NCBI RefSeq assembly: GCF_000017845.1
Contig: NC_010546.1
Location: forward strand, 510,001 to 542,000
Origin: Crocosphaera subtropica ATCC 51142
GTDB taxonomy: Bacteria > Cyanobacteriota > Cyanobacteriia > Cyanobacteriales > Microcystaceae
Reading direction: 5' to 3'
Length of the DNA stretch: 32,000 nt
Shown: piece by piece, positions 26,062 through 32,000 of the stretch
How the letters are laid out: every line of letters starts with the position of its first letter
How positions within the stretch are numbered: the stretch's first letter is position 1
Translations under genes and position numbers: made by a program
Notes under the pieces: model-generated
Seen by the model: only the letters and a program-made list of their open reading frames with translations
Told to the model about the DNA's origin: nothing
Databases searched by the model: none

Positions 26062-27218
26062 AACAACTTAAAGAATGGTTGAAAGCCAAACTCAGTAAAG
26101 CCTTAGCCCCAGAAATTGACCAACAATTAGGACTGAACCAGAAACTTGAAGAAGTTCGATTGTATGGCATTTCCCCTTGGTATCAAGGTAACTTTTGGGA
26201 ACCCCCTGTCCAATTAGCTTTAAGAGACTTATGTCGTCCTGGGGATGTGGTTTTTGATGTGGGGGCAAATTTCGGCGGTTTAACCACGGTTATGTCTCGT
26301 ATGGTAGGGCCAAAAGGAGTGGTTTGTTCTTTTGAAGCCAGTCCCCGCATTGTGGATAAATGCCAGCGTAATATTGTCCTCAGTGGCTGTAGTAATGTGC
26401 AGTTATTTCATGCTGCGGTTTATTACAAATCCTACAGTAAAGTGCCTATTTATTTAGGTAGTCATCTTAACGATAGTATTTACGCCGAACAATCGACAGG
26501 AACCCAAGGTTATGAGGTGTCAACCATTGCTTTAGATGATTTTGTTGAATATACAAAATTAGTCCCTAATTTAGTGAAAATGGACATAGAAGGAGCAGAA
26601 TTTGATGCCATTAAAGGCATGGCTAAAACCATTGAATCCGCTAAACCCCATTTAATTTTAGAAACCCAACCAGAAGATACTCGCTGTTTAGATTTCTTGC
26701 TAGAAAAAGGATATATTTCCATTGATTTAAACACCTATCAAACCATTGAAAATGCTCAAGATTATCCCCCAGGGGTAGGGATACGCAATAACCTTTACAT
26801 TCATCAAGACCGTTTATCCCAAGTGCCTTATAATCCTCCTTTTGGGTTTCAGGAAGTGACAACATTAGAGGCATCGGATTTTCAGGGCAAAGACAACGGT
26901 TCTATTGGTTTAAAAACCCCTTTAATTTTGGATAAAGGACGTTATTTAATTGATGTTGCTTTTACTGCAAAAGGAATGGATAATGACTTAACCTGTGGAG
27001 TCAAAATAGGCAAGCAACCAATTTTTCGTTACCATGCTTACAGTAATTTATTGGCTTCTAGTTATCGTGACTGGGTGATTCATCTTTCTGAAACCTCAAA
27101 AATTGACCTTTATTTCGATTTTCTTAACGAAACCTTTGACGATACCCTCTTGGTTCAAGGCGCAAAAATTACTGAAATTACAGACTTTAAAAATGCCAAT
27201 ACCAATCTTTATTTCTAA
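26058..27218 (+). CDS. FkbM-family methyltransferase with a ~120-aa C-terminal extension of unknown function
   Basis: The start overlaps the upstream stop (ATGA), which suggests translational coupling. 'VVFDVGANFGGLTTVMS', 'VCSFEAS' and 'LVKMDIEGAEFDAIKG'. The C-terminal extension 'GRYLIDVAFTAKG...VIHLSETSKIDLYFDF' has alternating beta-strand-like character. Confidence 0.75.
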   Translation: MKQLKEWLKAKLSKALAPEIDQQLGLNQKLEEVRLYGISPWYQGNFWEPPVQLALRDLCRPGDVVFDVGANFGGLTTVMSRMVGPKGVVCSFEASPRIVDKCQRNIVLSGCSNVQLFHAAVYYKSYSKVPIYLGSHLNDSIYAEQSTGTQGYEVSTIALDDFVEYTKLVPNLVKMDIEGAEFDAIKGMAKTIESAKPHLILETQPEDTRCLDFLLEKGYISIDLNTYQTIENAQDYPPGVGIRNNLYIHQDRLSQVPYNPPFGFQEVTTLEASDFQGKDNGSIGLKTPLILDKGRYLIDVAFTAKGMDNDLTCGVKIGKQPIFRYHAYSNLLASSYRDWVIHLSETSKIDLYFDFLNETFDDTLLVQGAKITEITDFKNANTNLYF

Positions 27219-27256
27219 AATTCTTTTCTTATCATATTTCAAACTTATTTAACATT

Positions 27257-29083
27257 ATGCTTATCCCACTCGTTAGTTTTCTGCTAGGATTTGTTCTATT
27301 AGGACTTTCTTTTCTTTCTTATACTAATCATCCTAGCCTAAAACGTTTTCCCTCTGTTTATCAATTAACGATTCAACCTTTGTTAATGGCCGGTATTAGT
27401 TGTATTGCTATTACCTTAATGTTAGGCATGGTAGGTTATTTTGGTTATATTGCTGCTACTCCATTAAGAACTATACGAATAGCTTTAGGTATTATTGGCA
27501 TTTTTCTATTAAGTATTAGTTTTTTGAGGAAAATTAATTTTAAAATGAATCGTCAGCTAAACCTTCTTAATCCACCAGGAAATCACCTGTTATCTATGGG
27601 GTCTGTAGTTAAAATTACAATGGTTTTAACTATCTTATCAACATTAGTTTTAACTTCGATCTTTTTAATTAGCTTTTTTGATGCCAACTACGGTGGGGAT
27701 GCTTTTATGTATCATATCCCTTTTGCTGCTAGAATTTGGGGCATTATTTCGCCAGAACAATTTACTTTTGAAAAAAATATTGAGCATCGTTTTTTAGGAT
27801 TTCCTTTACTTGCAAATTGGTTACAAGGCTTTTTCTGGAATACGTTTCAGCGACCAGAAGCAACCAATTTATTATGTTATTTTAGCTTATTAACTTTCAT
27901 TGCCTATTTAACATTTTATATAAAAATACCTTTTTATCTTGCTTCTCTTTCCCTGTTAGCCATACCAATGGTTCATATGCACGCAGCGAGAAGTTATATT
28001 GATTTACCCGGTAATGTTTGTATTTCTATACTTATCCTAACTACCTACTTTTTATATACTAATAAAGTTAAATTTAATAAACAAACTGCCATTATTATCT
28101 TTATTTCATCGGCAACGGCAGCTAACATGAAATTTCAGTTAATTCCAGTGGTTTTCTTGATTTTATGTTTTATTTTACCTAAGATTATTCTTCCATTGTG
28201 GAAAGCTTATCGTCACGATCAAGATAGATTAACTAAATTATCAAAAACTTTATTCGTTTGTTTCTTAGCTAGTTTCATTATCTTTCTAACCCCTATTAAG
28301 AACACGATTATTTATGCTAACCCATTTTATCCAGTTAAAGTAGAGATTGCAGGAATCGTTCTTAATCATAATGAAGCACCTCCTGACTTTATGCACGAAA
28401 ATATTAGAAAACTTCCTCGCCATTTGCGTTGGGGAAGATCCGTATTAGAAATTGATGTTTTTGATAGTAGAAGACCTTGGCCTTGGACTCTAGGCATGGA
28501 CTTTATTTCTTGGGATGAAGAAAGATTTGGTTTAGGAGGCTATTTTGGGGGATATGTTATCTTTAACCTTTTATTATTCGTTTATTTATGTTGGCAAAAC
28601 TTCGATCTTGAGTCTAGGGTAGCTGCAATCATAATGGGTTTAATGACCTTATTTACCCCCTTATTACCCCAAGCTTATGAATTAAGATACTATATGTACT
28701 GGATGATGGTTTTTGTGAGTTTAAACTGTTACTTAACCTGTCGTCTAGCTAAACAAAAACCCTCTCAAAAATTGATTAATCCCAGAAACTTAGGTCTAGT
28801 TGCTGCTGTTTTTATGGTGATTTTCATTACCAAAACTCGCTACTTTTTTACTATTCCTGAGTTTGCTTCTTTCGATGAACAAGTTAAAAGAACGGATATT
28901 ATTGATCAGGATATTCTCAGAAGTATTAAAGATGGAGAAAAAGTTTGTATTGTTGGAAAAGCACCTCATCCATTTTTATATACTTCCTATTTTCATCCTC
29001 CTTATGAATACTCGGTTAAAGCTGAATTTGATGTACCAGAATTTGTTGAAGAAGGATGCAAAGGGAGGAGAATTCTTAGATAA
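27257..29083 (+). CDS. Polytopic integral membrane protein, candidate GT-C-fold glycosyltransferase (family unassigned)
   Basis: More than 12 hydrophobic segments. An early loop carries 'FFDANYGGDAFMYHIPFAARIWG' with acidic residues. The hydrophilic C-terminal part is ~70 aa. No confident family signature. Confidence 0.4.
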   Translation: MLIPLVSFLLGFVLLGLSFLSYTNHPSLKRFPSVYQLTIQPLLMAGISCIAITLMLGMVGYFGYIAATPLRTIRIALGIIGIFLLSISFLRKINFKMNRQLNLLNPPGNHLLSMGSVVKITMVLTILSTLVLTSIFLISFFDANYGGDAFMYHIPFAARIWGIISPEQFTFEKNIEHRFLGFPLLANWLQGFFWNTFQRPEATNLLCYFSLLTFIAYLTFYIKIPFYLASLSLLAIPMVHMHAARSYIDLPGNVCISILILTTYFLYTNKVKFNKQTAIIIFISSATAANMKFQLIPVVFLILCFILPKIILPLWKAYRHDQDRLTKLSKTLFVCFLASFIIFLTPIKNTIIYANPFYPVKVEIAGIVLNHNEAPPDFMHENIRKLPRHLRWGRSVLEIDVFDSRRPWPWTLGMDFISWDEERFGLGGYFGGYVIFNLLLFVYLCWQNFDLESRVAAIIMGLMTLFTPLLPQAYELRYYMYWMMVFVSLNCYLTCRLAKQKPSQKLINPRNLGLVAAVFMVIFITKTRYFFTIPEFASFDEQVKRTDIIDQDILRSIKDGEKVCIVGKAPHPFLYTSYFHPPYEYSVKAEFDVPEFVEEGCKGRRILR

Positions 29084-29145
29084 TGTCAGCAAGATTTAAG
29101 CTCAAACTTGTATACAATTCTTTTTTCTATCTTACCTTTTAACTA

Positions 29146-30705
29146 ATGCTAAAAATCGAAAAATCGTCTGGCTTCTATCTTGTTATTATTTTAATCCTGA
29201 CTTTCCTCTTGAGGGTAGTCTTTTTAGGAAGCATTCCTAATGGTTTTTTTACCGATGAAGCATCTAATGCTTACGATGCTTATTCAATTCTTCATACTTT
29301 GAAAGATCAATATGGAGAGTTTTTACCTTGGTATTTTAAATCAGCTAATGATTACCGTGAAGGACTCTATATGTACCTCATGGTTCCTTTTATTAAAGTA
29401 TTTGGACTCAACCCTTTTGGAGCAAGAATTACCTCGGCGGTTATTGGAACCTTAACAGTTTTTATTGTTTATCATCTGGCTAAAGAACTTTTTAATCAAA
29501 AAATTGGTTTATTATCTGCTTTATTTTTAGCCATATTACCTTGGCATATCCATTTTAGTCGTATCACATTTCGAGCAATTTTAGTCCCTTGCTTATTTTG
29601 TTTAAGTTTATTTTTATTTCTTAAAAGTTTTAAAAATCCTAAATGGTTAATTGTCTCAAGTATCTTATTTTCCCTTAGCATATATACCTACAATTCGGCT
29701 AGAGTTTTTATTCCTTTATTTTTGTTAGGATTAGCTAGTATCTACTGGGAACACCTTTGGAAACATCGTTATTACACATTTTGGGCTTTTATTGCTTTCT
29801 GTATTCTGTTCATTCCTCAACTTATTTATCAACTCTCTCCTGAAGGAATGGCAAGAGCTAATACGGTAGGAATTCAAACAGATTTCAACAAAATTATTAG
29901 TGATTATTTTTCTTATTTTAGTCCTAATTTTTTATTTTTTGAAGGTGATCCCAGTCCTCGCCATAAAATTAATAACATGGCAGGACTTTACGCATTTCAA
30001 ATTCCATTACTTTTGATAGGTCTTTTACTTCTACTAAAAGAAAAAAGCTCGTCTAAGTGGGTATTATATCTTTGGCTAATACTATATCCCATTCCTGCTG
30101 CTTTTATCTCTCCAGAGAGTGCTGTTAGAACTTTAGGAAGCACTCCATTATTCGCCATAATTTCTGGTTATGCTGTTGCTGAAATCACCGACTTTTTGAA
30201 AGGAATCTGGAAACAGATAATTACATTTTTGCTTATAGTAATTATGTTTGCTAACTTAGTGATATACTGTCAGCGATATGTGTTTGAATATCCCCGTTGG
30301 CATACTGATGTTTGGCTATCGACTTTAGGAGAAACCATTAGCTATGCTGATCGAACTTCCAACGAATGTATTATTTATAGTAGTAATGTTTACGGAACTT
30401 ATGCCTATATTTTGATTCCATTTTTTACAAAAATGCCTCCGAGTCAATATCATCAGTATGGGGTAGATATTGTTGAGAATAAGTTAGATATGGGAAGATG
30501 GAAAATACAAGACTTAAACAATATGGACGAACTTAATACTAATTGTCTATACCTTTTAAGTGGTGATCCTAATGCTAATAAACCCAAAGGAAAGGATGGG
30601 GAAATTTTAGAAGCTAAAGGTTATCAAGAAAAGTTTATTCATTCTTTTAAAGATATTAATAATGTTGAATTTTATCGTTTGGTTGAAATTGAGAAGAAGT
30701 CATGA
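29146..30705 (+). CDS. ArnT/PMT-like GT-C glycosyltransferase (GT39/GT83-type, polyprenyl-phosphate-sugar dependent)
   Basis: After TM1, the typical first-loop motif 'GFFTDEASNAYDAYSILHTLKDQYGEFLPWYF'. Then 'LLSALFLAILPWHIHFSRITFRA' and many further TM segments with a soluble C-terminal region. Confidence 0.7.
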   Translation: MLKIEKSSGFYLVIILILTFLLRVVFLGSIPNGFFTDEASNAYDAYSILHTLKDQYGEFLPWYFKSANDYREGLYMYLMVPFIKVFGLNPFGARITSAVIGTLTVFIVYHLAKELFNQKIGLLSALFLAILPWHIHFSRITFRAILVPCLFCLSLFLFLKSFKNPKWLIVSSILFSLSIYTYNSARVFIPLFLLGLASIYWEHLWKHRYYTFWAFIAFCILFIPQLIYQLSPEGMARANTVGIQTDFNKIISDYFSYFSPNFLFFEGDPSPRHKINNMAGLYAFQIPLLLIGLLLLLKEKSSSKWVLYLWLILYPIPAAFISPESAVRTLGSTPLFAIISGYAVAEITDFLKGIWKQIITFLLIVIMFANLVIYCQRYVFEYPRWHTDVWLSTLGETISYADRTSNECIIYSSNVYGTYAYILIPFFTKMPPSQYHQYGVDIVENKLDMGRWKIQDLNNMDELNTNCLYLLSGDPNANKPKGKDGEILEAKGYQEKFIHSFKDINNVEFYRLVEIEKKS

Positions 30706-31556
30706 AGATATTGATAAGTTTCTTCGGGAGATTCTTCAGGTAAAAAATGTCCACAATTGACAGCTTTTCCTTGAACATTGGTTGCTCTTTTTTGCCAACT
30801 TGTAATCACATCATAGGTTTTTTCGATCACCCCTTTGTTTCCCCATAAAACTAACAAAGGACATTCTATTTTTTTGTCCATATCTGTGCGATCATGTTCT
30901 AAATCAATGGTTGCAGATGCTCGATAATCTTCACAAGTTCCATGAACTGTATTGGGATCACGAAAACATCTTAAATATTCTGCCATTGCTTCTGAAGAAA
31001 AAGGACGATCCGTTTTACTCCAACTTTGTAAACAATGAGTCAAGAAAAAGTCAGGATTTTGATTAATTAGGGTTTCAGGAAATGGAAACGGTTGAATTAG
31101 AAAAAACCAATGATAATAAACTTTGGCAAATTCTTGGTCTGTTTCGCTGTACATTTGATAGGTTGGTGCAATATCTAATAACGCTAGTTTTTTGACTTTG
31201 TTAGGATAGTCTAGAGTTAAACGATGAGCAACCCTTCCCCCGCGATCGTGTCCTACTAGGTAGAATTGATCATAACCTAATTGTGCCATAACTTCTATTT
31301 GATCCTGTGCCATGACTCGTTTAGAATAGTTATAATGATCCGTCATTCCTATCGGCTTATCACTGTCTCCATAACCCCGTAGATCAGGTATAATTACTGT
31401 GAATTCTTGAGCTAAATTTGGGGCAATTTTATGCCACATAACATGGGTTTGAGGATAACCATGTAATAATAATAGTGGGTATCCTTTTCCTCCTTTAACG
31501 AGATTAATTTTGACTTCTGAGGTTGTTATCGTTAGCTTTTGAAAATTGTTCAACAT
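30672..31556 (-). CDS. Alpha/beta-fold hydrolase of the haloacetate dehalogenase / epoxide hydrolase-like subgroup
   Basis: 'LLLLHGYPQTHVMWHKIAPNLA..FTVIIPDLRGYGDS' and the Asp-nucleophile elbow 'LVGHDRGGRVAHR'. C-terminal 'NCGHFLPEESPEE'. Its 3' end overlaps the convergent 29146-30705 ORF by 34 nt. Confidence 0.75.
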   Translation of the reverse strand: MLNNFQKLTITTSEVKINLVKGGKGYPLLLLHGYPQTHVMWHKIAPNLAQEFTVIIPDLRGYGDSDKPIGMTDHYNYSKRVMAQDQIEVMAQLGYDQFYLVGHDRGGRVAHRLTLDYPNKVKKLALLDIAPTYQMYSETDQEFAKVYYHWFFLIQPFPFPETLINQNPDFFLTHCLQSWSKTDRPFSSEAMAEYLRCFRDPNTVHGTCEDYRASATIDLEHDRTDMDKKIECPLLVLWGNKGVIEKTYDVITSWQKRATNVQGKAVNCGHFLPEESPEETYQYLHDFFSISTKR

Positions 31557-31651
31557 TTTTACAATATTGATCTAGGTCTTCACTTCATAATAGGTTAGAT
31601 TACCTTAGATAAGTTTAAATAATCAATATTCTTTACTATGAGTTGATAATT

Positions 31652-32000
31652 ATGGCCATTGAAATTGAACGTAAATTTTTAGTAATTAATGATAATTGGC
31701 GTTCTTTAGGAATAGGAAAAGTTTATAAACAAGGCTATATTGCAACAGCTGATAAAATAACAACCATTCGAGTCAGAATTATCGGCAATGAAGCTTATCT
31801 GACGATTAAAAGTAAAACCGAAGGCATTAGTCGTCAGGAATTTGAATATCCTATTCCTTTAGAGGATGCAGAAATTATGTTAAATACGTTGTGCGATCGC
31901 CCTTTAATTGAGAAGGTTCGCTACACAATCAATCAGGAAAAGTTAATTTGGGAAATTGATGAATTTAAAGGGGACAACGAAGGACTTATCTTAGCAGAAA
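31652..32000 (+). CDS. CYTH-domain protein (triphosphate tunnel metalloenzyme / class IV adenylate cyclase-like), 3'-partial
   Basis: Not in the supplied ORF track because it runs off the window. My hand translation from the ATG at 31652 gives MAIEIERKFLVINDNW...IRVRIIGNEAYLTIKSK...RQEFEYPI...WEIDEFKGDNEGLILAE. The 'EIERKFL' signature and downstream charged strands are typical of CYTH. Contains a HIP1 site at 31893-31900. Confidence 0.8.
   Translation, partial: MAIEIERKFLVINDNWRSLGIGKVYKQGYIATADKITTIRVRIIGNEAYLTIKSKTEGISRQEFEYPIPLEDAEIMLNTLCDRPLIEKVRYTINQEKLIWEIDEFKGDNEGLILAE
31893..31900. repeat. HIP1 octamer GCGATCGC
   Basis: Exact match. Confidence 0.95.

Noticed and set aside
1-32000. 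CRISPR arrays, tRNA/rRNA genes, integrase or recombinase genes, toxin-antitoxin pairs or defence-system genes.
   Set aside because: No direct-repeat/spacer periodicity, cloverleaf-like segments or rRNA-like conserved blocks were noticed in the intergenic regions, which are few and short. Every long ORF is accounted for by transferase, membrane or housekeeping-type motifs.

Overview
AT-rich cyanobacterial chromosome segment; six exact HIP1 octamers (GCGATCGC) support the assignment. The 3' end of thrB (left) and an alpha/beta-hydrolase gene plus a CYTH-domain gene (right) flank a ~30 kb glycan-assembly island (643-30705) of 18 tightly packed genes. By motif reading, the island encodes about 12 SAM-methyltransferase domains: five FkbM-type, one TylF-type and six generic class I. 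It also encodes about 10 GT-A/GT-B glycosyltransferase domains, many fused into giant proteins of 608-1201 aa, and three polytopic membrane proteins, one clearly ArnT/PMT-like GT-C. No sugar-nucleotide synthesis, priming transferase, flippase, ABC exporter or polymerase gene is recognisable. The most striking feature is a module carried by five otherwise unrelated enzymes. It is a Gln/Glu-rich coiled coil of variable length followed by a near-invariant basic amphipathic tail, (M)-x-[ST]-SKFW[KQ]LR-xx-[WL]-x-x-K-x-x-L-x-L. Four copies are C-terminal and one is N-terminal. I interpret it as a shared membrane-tethering/assembly tag organising a multi-enzyme machine for a heavily O-methylated glycan; this is inference, and I cannot say whether the tag is already catalogued. 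Other observations: a decayed IS200/IS605 TnpB 3' fragment with a GC-rich hairpin lies between convergent genes. No HIP1 site occurs in the left ~17 kb of the island. A near-consensus sigma70-type promoter with a flanking 10-11 nt inverted repeat lies before the last sub-operon. No tRNA, rRNA or CRISPR array was seen. All family assignments come from reading motifs in the supplied translations, not from database searches.
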